In this document: positions 19,834 to 29,238 of the stretch, piece by piece
Layout: the number at the start of each line of letters is the position of its first letter
How positions within the stretch are numbered: position 1 is the first letter of the stretch
Source: Desulfatiglandales bacterium
Lineage (GTDB): Bacteria > Desulfobacterota > DSM-4660 > Desulfatiglandales > Desulfatiglandaceae
DNA: 64,000 nucleotides
Direction: 5' to 3'
Assembly (NCBI GenBank): GCA_963666345.1
Contig: OY762721.1
Span: 3,904,001-3,968,000, forward strand
Notes under the pieces: model-generated
What the model was told of the DNA's origin: nothing
Database searches by the model: none
The model's input: the letters and a program-made list of their open reading frames with translations, nothing else
Made by a program: the position numbers and the translations under genes

Positions 19834-20338
19834 ATATCAGCAGATTGTTTAGGTTTTGTCCTGTTTAATGGCTTTATATTGCGAATACAATTTGACCATC
19901 AATGCTGACATCGTAAAGGAATAACAGCTTCTATGCCGAATCTCGAATTATGGGTCGGACCACGGACCACGGCAACTGATAGAAAATAAAAGATAAAAGG
20001 CCAAAATTATAGCTGACCAGGGCTTAAAAGGCCATTTTTGATACCGAAATGAACCTTCTAAAAATCGTGAGAAAGCCGTTACAGGTCACATCGCGGTAAC
20101 TGAAAATGATTGGTAAACTCCATAAGGGGAGATATGGGCAGACTCATCTGTATTCTGCCGGGGGGCAAACGGAGCTTTCCGGCCGCTGATGCAATGCCAG
20201 AGTGGTCTGCAGGTAGTGCGGAATGGAAGCGAAAGCCGGATGATTACCGGGATCAGATCGAGGAGCGATTGGTGATTGGGGGGGGGGGGGGAGCAGCTAT
20301 CAAAGGGAAATATTTCCCTCATTAATTTGATTAAAAAA

Positions 20339-20413
20339 ATGAGTAAAATCACCTATAATCTACTTTACTCATGAGTAAAATCGTGTTATGTCTATTTTAC
20401 CATGGCGAAAATC
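20339..20413. promoter_or_regulatory. Repeat/palindrome set upstream of the AAA ATPase
   Basis: Perfect palindrome TTTACTCATGAGTAAA (20364-20379); ATGAGTAAAATC at 20339 and 20371; variant ATGGCGAAAATC over the start codon. Confidence 0.55.
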
Positions 20414-21541
20414 AAGGCACGGTACCTAAAAAAACCGGTAAAAGAAGACCTAAAAAGCAAGATGGTTTTTGTCGGTGGCCCCAGACAGATTGGAAAGACG
20501 ACTTTTGCCTTGACCTTTCTGCCCAAAGCCTCTGAAAAGCATCCAGCCTACCTCAATTGGGATGACATATCCATTAGAAGTGGCCTTTTAAAGGGTGAAT
20601 TGCCCGGAAGACAAAAGTTGTTAATTTTTGATGAGATTCATAAATTTGCAGGATGGCGAGGCCTGGTTAAAGGCTTCTATGATACAAACAAGTCCGAGTT
20701 GTCATTTATCGTTACGGGTTCCGCGAGGCTGGATTATTACAAAAAGGGTGGGGATTCCCTTCAGGGAAGGTACCATTATTACAGACTCCATCCCTTTTCA
20801 ATGACTGAGTTAAATACAAATCCAACGATTAATGATTTTAATCTTTTACTGAAATTCGGAGGGTTCCCTGAGCCTTGTTTGCGAGGGGAAGAGAGATTCT
20901 GGAGGAGGTGGCAGAGGGAGAGACTTCAAAGGGTAATTTATGATGACATCAGGGATCTGGAAAATGTCAAGGAAATAAGTCTTCTCGAACTTCTGGCGGG
21001 GGAACTTCCAAACAGGGTTGGCGCACCCCTCTCAGTTAAAAATTTAAAAGAACTTCTACAGGTCGCTCATGAAACTGTTGATCGGTGGATAAATATATTT
21101 GAAAGGATGTATTACTGTTTTCGTATCCCTCCCTATGGCACCAAGAGGATCCGAGCCGTAAAAAAAGAACAAAAGTTATATCTGTGGGACTGGTCCATCA
21201 TATCGGATTCAGGCCCCAGATTTGAAAACTTTGTTGCATCTCATCTATTGAAATACTGTCATTTTATGGAAGACACTCAGGGATTTGAGATGGATCTGAG
21301 ATTTCTGCGTGACACGGATAAAAGGGAGATAGATTTTGTGGTACTTAAAGACAAAAAGCCTTTATTCGCGGTTGAATGCAAGACCGGCGAAAAAAATATA
21401 AATCCTTCCATGTTTTACTTTATGGAAAGGACACAAATCCCAAAATTTTTCCAGGTGCATACCGGAACGCGGGATTATGAAAAAAAGGGAGTAAGGGTAA
21501 TCCCTTTTAGAAAGCTTATGAGAGAACTTTCCTTACCATAA
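20402..21541 (+). CDS. AAA_14 ATPase with DUF4143 domain
   Basis: GPRQIGKT, FDEIHK, TGSARL, SLQGRY, GGFPE, FENFV, REIDFV..AVECK (PD-(D/E)xK-like tail). Confidence 0.92.
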   Translation: MAKIKARYLKKPVKEDLKSKMVFVGGPRQIGKTTFALTFLPKASEKHPAYLNWDDISIRSGLLKGELPGRQKLLIFDEIHKFAGWRGLVKGFYDTNKSELSFIVTGSARLDYYKKGGDSLQGRYHYYRLHPFSMTELNTNPTINDFNLLLKFGGFPEPCLRGEERFWRRWQRERLQRVIYDDIRDLENVKEISLLELLAGELPNRVGAPLSVKNLKELLQVAHETVDRWINIFERMYYCFRIPPYGTKRIRAVKKEQKLYLWDWSIISDSGPRFENFVASHLLKYCHFMEDTQGFEMDLRFLRDTDKREIDFVVLKDKKPLFAVECKTGEKNINPSMFYFMERTQIPKFFQVHTGTRDYEKKGVRVIPFRKLMRELSLP

Positions 21542-21668
21542 ATCAGCGAACCGGAGGCGGTACCAAATATATAAGATAGAGGGATGAGGATTTCCTACTG
21601 GCATGGTTTGGGGAAGAAAACTACCGCAAGCAGTTTACAGATGCCCTGAAAAATTATAAGGAGGCTCT

Positions 21669-21887
21669 ATGAAGGATATCATCGTTCAATGCACGTGCGG
21701 GCGGAAATGCCGGGTTGATGCCTCGGATGGATCCACCTGGCGATGCCCAGAGTGTGGAAAAATCGTCAGCCTTCCCAGCAAGGAGAAGGACCCTGCCCGG
21801 AGGGACAGCATGGAAAGCTTTGTGGATGCAACTTTTGAGCTTTTAAACGAGGTAGACGGGGCTTTTCCCACGTCCGGTGCTCGGTGA
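21669..21887 (+). CDS. Small zinc-ribbon protein
   Basis: CTCG...CPECG; AGGAGG RBS. Confidence 0.65.
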   Translation: MKDIIVQCTCGRKCRVDASDGSTWRCPECGKIVSLPSKEKDPARRDSMESFVDATFELLNEVDGAFPTSGAR

Positions 21888-21947
21888 TTACCAGGCGCTG
21901 GATTTAGAGGAAGACAGCCGGTTGCCTGACGTCACCCACTTTTTATT

Positions 21948-22142
21948 TCAGGCTGTTTGCAGTTTATGTCCCGACTGTATATTGCTTGAAAAGCGCTTTA
22001 TCTTTTCACCCGGCCTTCGGCGGATAATATTGCCGGTACCTGATTGAGGTATCTGCTGCTTTTGTTCATCTTTGGTTTGATCCAGCTTATTAAGCATCTT
22101 CTTAAGTTGTGCTTCCAATTCATTCCTTGTATCTTCGTTCAT
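21948..22142 (-). CDS. Small hypothetical protein
   Basis: AAGGAG RBS, 64 aa, coiled-coil-like N-terminus. Confidence 0.5.
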   Translation of the reverse strand: MNEDTRNELEAQLKKMLNKLDQTKDEQKQQIPQSGTGNIIRRRPGEKIKRFSSNIQSGHKLQTA

Positions 22143-22747
22143 TACTGCTCCTTATTTCCTTCAATATTAAGTATTTCGAGATTTGCATCTCTGAATTTTG
22201 TCCATCTCATTACGGAGAGAGATCCGCGCAGGGGCGAGTGATAATGTCACTCCGATTCGTGCGCGCAAGCAACATATAGAGTTTTGAGAGTTCTATGTCT
22301 GAATTGTCTCTAGGTTAAAATGAAAAGTATAATGAGAGAAAGTCTCGATTATTCCTTACTATAAACTAATCAATCATTGGTGAAAATCAAGCCCTTTTCC
22401 GAGAGCTTATATCCGAAGGCCGATAAAATCTTTTCCTCCGGTCTAAAACCTGTCAATAGTCAATGGGGAAGCCCCCTGATATCTCACCGGTTTGCCTACA
22501 ACCGGAGAGCACCCCATGGGCTTTTCCATGGAACAGGAAAACAACCCGGAAAGAAACTATCTTTTTTTCACCATAAACGCAAGGAAATATTCTCAGTTGT
22601 TTTTCCTACTACCACCCACTGCGATATTTATATGTAATGATCTTGAGTTAGCCCTAATAAATTGCTATATATAAGATTGGGTCATCTCCAAAAGAGTTGG
22701 TCTAAATGAAGGATTGGAGGGGTCAAGGGGCCGCGGGTTCGAGTGAA

Positions 22748-23191
22748 AAGCTTAAAGATCATAGGAAGTTAAACGTTCGGCAAAAATTGTATACACCTTG
22801 TTTGCATATGGATAAAGGAGTTAAACGTTTTTTTAAAGATGAGCAATACTATTTTACCTCCCGAATCAGAAGATCCGCTGTTTTCATATCAAGGGATACC
22901 GCCTGAGGGTATGGGAAAAAAACGGCTATAGAGTATATGCAATTTTTCTTTATTGCATATGGTTCAGACTGTGAATTGGAAACCCGGGACATGACATCAG
23001 CTGGCCTGGGTTATTTGAAAGAAGAGCGGCTTCAGAGATTAAGAAGGGAAATAAGGGGTGTCGGGGCAATGTCCAAAGCGATGATCAAATCCCTGGAAAG
23101 AAAACCCTTGAAACCGGGAACCCGCCCTGAGCTGGCCGAAGGGTGGGACTGCGCGAAGCGTAAGCGAAGCAAAGAATCCTTGACTCCTTGA
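22748..23191 (+). pseudogene. Four-helix-bundle (23S rRNA IVS protein-like) pseudogene
   Basis: ORFs 22706 and 22937 share a frame across TGA 22904-22906: L.V.QK...TSRIRRSAV.I...A*GYGKK...IAYGS.CELET; flanked by inverted 8-mer repeats. Confidence 0.8.
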
Positions 23192-23311
23192 CTCCTTGGC
23201 CCCTCTTAGACAACTAAGTTGGAGAATAACCATCAATTTCAATAGATGAGATGTCTTTAATGGAGAAATATTTGATCAGCCTTTGATAGAAGTAGAAGGG
23301 AATCGCTAAAA

Positions 23312-23683
23312 ATGAAGCAGGAAAAGGGGATGAAGGGCCTGATCGGTCTTGCAGTGGAATCCTTGGGAGTGGCGGTGACCATTATTGATACAAAGGGAAT
23401 CCTTCTTTATTACAATGAAAAGGCGGCGCAGATCCTGGACCGCAGGCCTGAATACATCGGAAAGGATGTCTATTCACACCACAAGAAGGCGGCTTCCAGC
23501 AAGAAACTTGAAACGATGATTCAAGCGTTCAGTAAAGGCAGGAGGGAGCCCTTTCACTATAAAGCCAGGCCGTATGGAAAAGACATTCTTGTTACTCTTT
23601 CACCGATTTTAGAAAATGACGAATTCATCGGTTGCGCTCAAATTGTGCATCTTAAAGAGGATCTTGAGTCCAATTTTTCATAG
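23312..23683 (+). CDS. Stand-alone PAS domain protein
   Basis: VTIIDTKGILLYYNEKA...IGKDV..HH, VTLSPI...FIG. Confidence 0.85.
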   Translation: MKQEKGMKGLIGLAVESLGVAVTIIDTKGILLYYNEKAAQILDRRPEYIGKDVYSHHKKAASSKKLETMIQAFSKGRREPFHYKARPYGKDILVTLSPILENDEFIGCAQIVHLKEDLESNFS

Positions 23684-23847
23684 GGAAACGGATCTGTCAG
23701 CAGCAGGGTTATTATATGTCTGAATAAAGATTCGAGATAAGGTCAAAAAGATGCCCTGTATGTTGCCCTGTTTGATTCCGGACGGGTGGTTACCGCCTGC
23801 TGTTAATGACGGGATCGAGGAGGTTGATCCCTGAAAGGAGGATAAAC

Positions 23848-24369
23848 ATGAAAGGATGGACTGAAGAAGAGATCGGAAACAGGGACCTGATGGCGCCGTG
23901 CGGAATGTACTGTGGTGCCTGCGCGATTTACATGGCGACAAGGGATGGAAACGAGAAGCTGAAGGGTATTCTCAGTAAGATATATGGAACCGGGCCTGAG
24001 GAGATAGAATGCTACGGATGCATGCAGGTCGACCCGCCTGAGAAGCTTTTCAGCTTGTGTGAAAAATGTGATATAAGGCAGTGCATAAGGTCCAAAGGGT
24101 ATTATTCCTGTCACCAGTGCGGCGAATGGCCATGCGCCCTGGTGGAGAACTTCCCGTATGCTACAGGCGTAAGGGTTATGAAAAGGGCAATTCCCGACAG
24201 GCTTGCCAAAGAGGCCGAACTTGGATATGAGAAGGGGGCGGTGGAATGGGCACGATCGGAATGTGAAAGATATCATTGCCCGGCTTGCGGCGAACCGCTG
24301 TTCAGGGGCGCGCAACAGTGCAGGAAGTGCAAAAGATCAGTGGCTGATGAACTTGACGGGTCGCTTTAG
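23848..24369 (+). CDS. DUF3795-family Cys-rich protein
   Basis: APCGMYCGAC, CYGC, C..CDIRQC, CHQCGEWPC, CPACG; AGGAGG RBS. Confidence 0.85.
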   Translation: MKGWTEEEIGNRDLMAPCGMYCGACAIYMATRDGNEKLKGILSKIYGTGPEEIECYGCMQVDPPEKLFSLCEKCDIRQCIRSKGYYSCHQCGEWPCALVENFPYATGVRVMKRAIPDRLAKEAELGYEKGAVEWARSECERYHCPACGEPLFRGAQQCRKCKRSVADELDGSL

Positions 24370-24587
24370 AGTAAAATACGGGAAGAGCCGCCAATGGGTT
24401 TTCCCTTATGAAATATCGTTCATTGCCCGATAGCTCCTGAGCGGACATGGAAAAAGTGGTATTTAAAAACTTCGGACCGTATGGGCTTTTCCATTGACCC
24501 AGTTACTGTGAACCGGTAAAATTAATTGTAAACATGGGGCCGTGTCCGGAACCAATCCGGGGACGGCATCTTTTTTTGAGGAAAAAC

Positions 24588-25781
24588 ATGAGTAACGATT
24601 CATCAATCAAATCAACGGACTCCCGTTTTAATTACAAGGTTATCTTCGCCCTTTTCCTGGTGCATTTCCTGGGTGATTTCTACATGTCGTTTATCAGCCC
24701 GCTGCTTCCCGTGCTGGCGGAAACCTATTCTCTCACCCTCACCCAGGTGGGCATGATCACCGGCACCAGCATGTTGATGGCCTTCATTGTCCAGCCTTCG
24801 GTGGGTTACCTGGCCGACCGCTACAGGACCAGGGTCTTTGTGCTGGGAGGGCCTCTTCTTACGGCTGTTTTCATACCCCTGTTCGGGTGGGCCGGAGGAT
24901 TCATAACCATACTGGCCTTCACCGTTCTGGGTTCCATCGGTCAGTCCATGTTCCACCCCCCGGCCGCCGGCATGGTCCCATCTTACGCGGGCCGCCGTCT
25001 GGGTTTTTCCATGGCCCTGTTTATTCTTGGCGGGACCATCGCGTTTGCCGCCGGACCTGTCTTTGTCACCTGGTATGTGAGCCGGTTTGAACTGGTCAAT
25101 CTGCCGTACGTGGGTCTGGCCGGGGCAGGGCTGGTAAGTATACTGTTTCTGATCGTGCCCAGGCCTGAAGGGGAGGGGTTGAAAAAGCTGGGGTTCCGGG
25201 GGGCCGTAAAGGACGCGCTCGGCCCGGTCTGGAAGCCCCTTCTGATAATCTGGCTCATTATCGTATTCAGGGTATACGTGGTTCAGTCGATCATGACCTT
25301 TATGCCGATCATGCTCAAGGCGGAGGGCTGCTCTCTTATAACCGTGGGAGGTATAATCTCATCCTTTGTGGTGGGAGGATCACTCAGCAGCCTGGCGGCC
25401 GGATGGCTGGCCGACCGGGTGGGCTACAAACCGGTCTTTCTGGCGGGGTATCTGCTTGCAACTCCCAGCCTGTACCTGTTTTTGCATCTGCAGGGATCAA
25501 TGATCCTGGCAGGGGCCTTTGTTGCGGGATTTTTCACCCTGGCCACCATGCCCCTTGCAACCGCCATGGCCCAGACCTTTGTGAAGCGGGGAAAATCTCT
25601 TGTAGCAAGCCTGACCATGGGCCTGGCCTTTGGGACGGGCGGAATCCTCTCGCCCTTTACAGGCAGGATGGCCGAGATCTTCGGAATCCGCCCGGTCTTG
25701 GGGGTGGTGATTTTGGTGCCGCTGGCCGCCACCGTGCTGATACTGTTTCTACCCAGGCCCGAGGACTTTAACAACGAATAG
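24588..25781 (+). CDS. MFS transporter (Fsr-like)
   Basis: HFLGD, QPSVGYLADR, MFHP, GWLADRVG; about 12 hydrophobic segments. Confidence 0.9.
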   Translation: MSNDSSIKSTDSRFNYKVIFALFLVHFLGDFYMSFISPLLPVLAETYSLTLTQVGMITGTSMLMAFIVQPSVGYLADRYRTRVFVLGGPLLTAVFIPLFGWAGGFITILAFTVLGSIGQSMFHPPAAGMVPSYAGRRLGFSMALFILGGTIAFAAGPVFVTWYVSRFELVNLPYVGLAGAGLVSILFLIVPRPEGEGLKKLGFRGAVKDALGPVWKPLLIIWLIIVFRVYVVQSIMTFMPIMLKAEGCSLITVGGIISSFVVGGSLSSLAAGWLADRVGYKPVFLAGYLLATPSLYLFLHLQGSMILAGAFVAGFFTLATMPLATAMAQTFVKRGKSLVASLTMGLAFGTGGILSPFTGRMAEIFGIRPVLGVVILVPLAATVLILFLPRPEDFNNE

Positions 25782-25851
25782 TATTGATTCATTAGGCGGC
25801 CGGAGTGAAATCCGTTGCTGATCATTTTGAATCCAACCGCCTTGCGCCGCT

Positions 25852-26694
25852 TCAGGCCGCGATCAGGGCGAGTGCGGCGATCGCCGCGGCAACTCCCGCC
25901 CACTGCTGGGGGAGCAGCTTTTCCTTCAGTATGAGCCAGGCCAGGAGCACGGTTGAACCGGGATAGAGGGAAGAAAGCACCGCTGATACGTCCAGGCGGC
26001 CGATATGGGCGGCAAGGGCGAAAAAGGCGTTGCCGGCGGCATCCAGGATGCCTGCCAGGACAATGAAAGGGACCTGCCTTTTTGAGGGTGCCCCTATCTT
26101 ACGGGTTGTAACAAGAATCGCAGATATAAGGATTATGGATGCGATCCTGGCCGCCACGAGCGGCCACAGGATTGACAGTGTGCTCGCCTGATCCATAAAG
26201 ATAAAAAATAACCCGAAGCAGACCCCTGCCGTAAGCGAAAGACGGAGTTCCTCCCCTTTTATTTTCAAGCCCCTGCCGGGATAAGAAAGAAGCCATACCG
26301 AAACAATAGCCACCGCGAATCCTGAAACCTGCGGGAGGCGTGGCAGCCCTTCAAAAAGAAAGGAAAATGTCATGGGCAGGAGTGCCGTTATCACGGCTGA
26401 AAGGGGTGCCACTATCCCCATCCGACCCAGGGCCAGACCCTTATACAGCGCGGTTAATCCAAGGACACCCGAGATGCCTGCCATGGCCCCGAAGATGAGA
26501 TGTCGAACCTCCGGGACCTGCTCAGCGAAGAAAAGGGCAAGTGAGAAGAGAAGCAGGGCGCCCAGAAGCTGGGAAAGGAGGATAACCATCAGGACCTTAC
26601 CCCGCTTTGTAGCAAAACCGCCGCTGAAATCACCCGCCCCCCATGTCAGCGCGGAGGCAAGGCCGTATGTGATTGCAAGTGTTTCATTGGTCAT
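25852..26694 (-). CDS. DMT/EamA-family transporter
   Basis: WGAGDFSGG, GRMGIVAPLSA, LSSLYP.STVLLA..ILKE. Confidence 0.88.
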   Translation of the reverse strand: MTNETLAITYGLASALTWGAGDFSGGFATKRGKVLMVILLSQLLGALLLFSLALFFAEQVPEVRHLIFGAMAGISGVLGLTALYKGLALGRMGIVAPLSAVITALLPMTFSFLFEGLPRLPQVSGFAVAIVSVWLLSYPGRGLKIKGEELRLSLTAGVCFGLFFIFMDQASTLSILWPLVAARIASIILISAILVTTRKIGAPSKRQVPFIVLAGILDAAGNAFFALAAHIGRLDVSAVLSSLYPGSTVLLAWLILKEKLLPQQWAGVAAAIAALALIAA

Positions 26695-26904
26695 GATTCA
26701 TTCCGCTGTAAATCGATTTATCAGCCTTTACCCGATTATCCTGGAGGCTGCCACAGTGATGACGGGGTGAACCACACCCCCGGGCGTTTTAATTTGAGGG
26801 CTGGTCAGATTCAGAAAAAATCAGCTCAACATACCCCGCTGCGTGCAGCGGGGGGCTTCATCGGGTTTGACCATCCCCGCCCGAAAAAAGTATTAATCAA
26901 AGAC

Positions 26905-28419
26905 TCATGGAATGAACAGGTCCTTTGAAGAGAAATTGGGGTCGCTTGTCAGGTTGACTCCAAGGCGCCTCAGGCCGCCTTCATCGCCCGGGGTAGGGAT
27001 GTGCGTCATGTGGACCTCGCAACCCTGGAGATCTTTCAGCTTCTCCATGGCAAGCTGGGCCGCCGGGTTTGCCGTAGCGCTTATGCTGAGAGCTATGAGC
27101 GCTTCTTCAAGGTCGAGACTCAGGGTCTTTTCGTTTAGGATCTCCGTCTTGAGATCCCTTATGGAGTCGATAATATAAGGGGGCAGCAGCTTTATCTTGG
27201 CCGGGATCTCTGCCAGGTGCTTTACGGCGTGAATAATGAGGCTCGATGCCGCATGCATGTGAGGCGAGTTGCTGCCCGTAATAATGGATCCGTCTTTAAG
27301 CTCCAGGGCGGCACCGCAATAGATCCCCTCGTTTCCTTTTTCAGCTTCCCTTGCCTCCACTGAGGCCTTGCGGGCCGGTTCGACCACACGCCTGTATTCC
27401 GGTGTGAGGTTGAAATCCTTGATAAAAAGCTCCACCCTCTGGACCGTTTCCCTGTCGGTGAAACCCATGACATATTCACAGCGGTATCTGAAATAACGCC
27501 TGATGATTTCCTGCTTGGCAGCCTCCATCGTGATTCCATCATCCGTAATGGCGAATCCAACCCGGTTGACGCCCATGTCCGTGGGTGATTTATAAAAGAC
27601 CTCTCCATTCATTATCCTTTTAAGTATCCTCTTAACAACGGGAAAGACCTCCACATCGCGATTGTAATTAATCGCCTTCAGATCATATGCCTCCAGGTGA
27701 AAGGGATCTATGAGATTAAAATCCCTGATATCGGCTGTTGCGGCCTCGTAGGCCACGTTGACCGGATGCTTGAGCGGGAGATTCCATATGGGGAAGGTCT
27801 CAAACTTGGCATAGCCTGATTTTTTTCCTCTTTTGTGTTCATGGTATAATTGAGAAAGGCAGGTGGCCAGCTTGCCGCTGCCGGGGCCGGGACCAGTCAC
27901 GATAACCAGGGGGTTTTCCGTTTCAATATAATCGTTGGCCCCGTAGCCTTCATCACTGGCGATCAGCTCGACATCGGTGGGATAACCCTTTGTGAATCGA
28001 TGTGTATAGACCTTGATGTTATTTCTTTCCAGTTTATTTTTGAACATCTTGGCGGCCGGCTGGTTATCAAAGCGTGTTATGACCACTCCCAGCACATTTA
28101 TATCCCAGCTCCTGAGGTCATCGATCAGTTTGAGGGCGTCCGAATCATATGTTATGCCGAAATCGGCTCTTATCTTTTTCCTCTCGATATCTCCGGCATA
28201 GATGCACAGGAGTATATCCGCCTTGTCTTTAAGCTGCTGCAGGAGTTTCATCTTAATGTTGGGATTGTACCCTGGCAGTACCCTGGAGGCATGATAATCA
28301 TAAAGGAGCTTTCCGCCGAACTCGAGGTAAAGCTTGTTATCGAATCTTTCAACCCTTTTGAGGATCTCTTCGGTCTGTTCGCTTATGTATTTGTCGTTGT
28401 CAAAAACGTTTCTATTCAC
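26905..28419 (-). CDS. DUF1846-family protein
   Basis: KLYLEFGGKL.YDYHASRVLPG, GPGSGKLATCLSQLYHE, YAKFETFPIWN, SPTDMGVN. Confidence 0.93.
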   Translation of the reverse strand: MNRNVFDNDKYISEQTEEILKRVERFDNKLYLEFGGKLLYDYHASRVLPGYNPNIKMKLLQQLKDKADILLCIYAGDIERKKIRADFGITYDSDALKLIDDLRSWDINVLGVVITRFDNQPAAKMFKNKLERNNIKVYTHRFTKGYPTDVELIASDEGYGANDYIETENPLVIVTGPGPGSGKLATCLSQLYHEHKRGKKSGYAKFETFPIWNLPLKHPVNVAYEAATADIRDFNLIDPFHLEAYDLKAINYNRDVEVFPVVKRILKRIMNGEVFYKSPTDMGVNRVGFAITDDGITMEAAKQEIIRRYFRYRCEYVMGFTDRETVQRVELFIKDFNLTPEYRRVVEPARKASVEAREAEKGNEGIYCGAALELKDGSIITGSNSPHMHAASSLIIHAVKHLAEIPAKIKLLPPYIIDSIRDLKTEILNEKTLSLDLEEALIALSISATANPAAQLAMEKLKDLQGCEVHMTHIPTPGDEGGLRRLGVNLTSDPNFSSKDLFIP

Positions 28420-28998
28420 CTTGGCTCCCCTGTCTAATCATATGGTTTTTCCTGAAGGACTCGTAAAAGGCTCAATTGCGCCCCGCTTCAGCGAGAGGGC
28501 CTTTAGATTGCCTCCAAATTTTGACTCTTTACGAACGCATCTTTTTCCTCTTTCAAATTCGTTTAAAAACCTACTTTATGGATGAAGATAATTCAAGAAA
28601 GAAACCGCTATCAGATCGGAATGTCGAGCCGGTTGATACTTCCCGGAGACCTTCGAAGTCTGTAACGGCGCGGAAATCCGATATTTCGAGGGTAAGACGG
28701 TTTGCAAAAAGAGCATGAATTGAATAAAATCGATTCATCGTTTTGCATGCTTTGCCGTCTCTTTTTTGGGGGGGACATGGCCTTGCTTCGGTTTGTAGGA
28801 TGAATGGTCTGCCGCACCAGGGATATGGTCAGGGCCCGGTTTGCCGACCTGCGCGCCTATCTCCTTTCCATTGAAAAATAACGGTTTTGACCTGTCATAA
28901 ACCTGTCACTCTTCCAGTATTGTATTATGCCTACCCTTTTGATTATATTGACAGAAAGATATAAGACCATGATAATCCAACGATAGGGAGGTGAAAAA

Positions 28999-29186
28999 AT
29001 GCTGTGCAGCCTTTCCTGAAGGATCAGGACCTTGACGGAATCCGTTCCCTGGAAACTGAGATGGGGAAAACCGTCCTCGCCTTTTCATGTCATTCGGCGG
29101 CACCCGCAAAACTGGATGAGCCGGATCTTGCGAAAATCCAGGGTTTGGAAAATGATCCGGGATTGTCTCTGGTCGCGGTTGATTAG
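28999..29186 (+). pseudogene. Small tandem-repeat protein with an apparent frameshift after codon 6
   Basis: GGAGGTG RBS precedes ATG 28999 (MLCSLS*); the body with two similar halves (L..IRSLE.EMG.TVLAF / L.KIQGLE...GLSLVAV) is in another frame. Confidence 0.5.
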
Positions 29187-29238
29187 ATATGAGCGGATCG
29201 GCGTGGGACCGCAGGCGGAACCGGCCTTATTCCACCGC

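Noticed and set aside
20278..20291. Poly-G phase-variation tract
   Set aside because: Lies only in a doubtful ORF; may be a sequencing or assembly artefact
22213..22222. Second att copy (reverse complement of TCTCTCTCCG)
   Set aside because: Only 10 bp, low complexity, opposite orientation
22425..22522. TPP riboswitch on the minus strand
   Set aside because: GGGGTGC and TGAGA are present but the conserved ACCTGAT and TAAT..GCG core is not, and no thiamine gene follows
22904..22906. Selenocysteine read-through of the in-frame TGA
   Set aside because: The position corresponds to the Glu of the AEGYG motif, and the gene has many other degenerate changes
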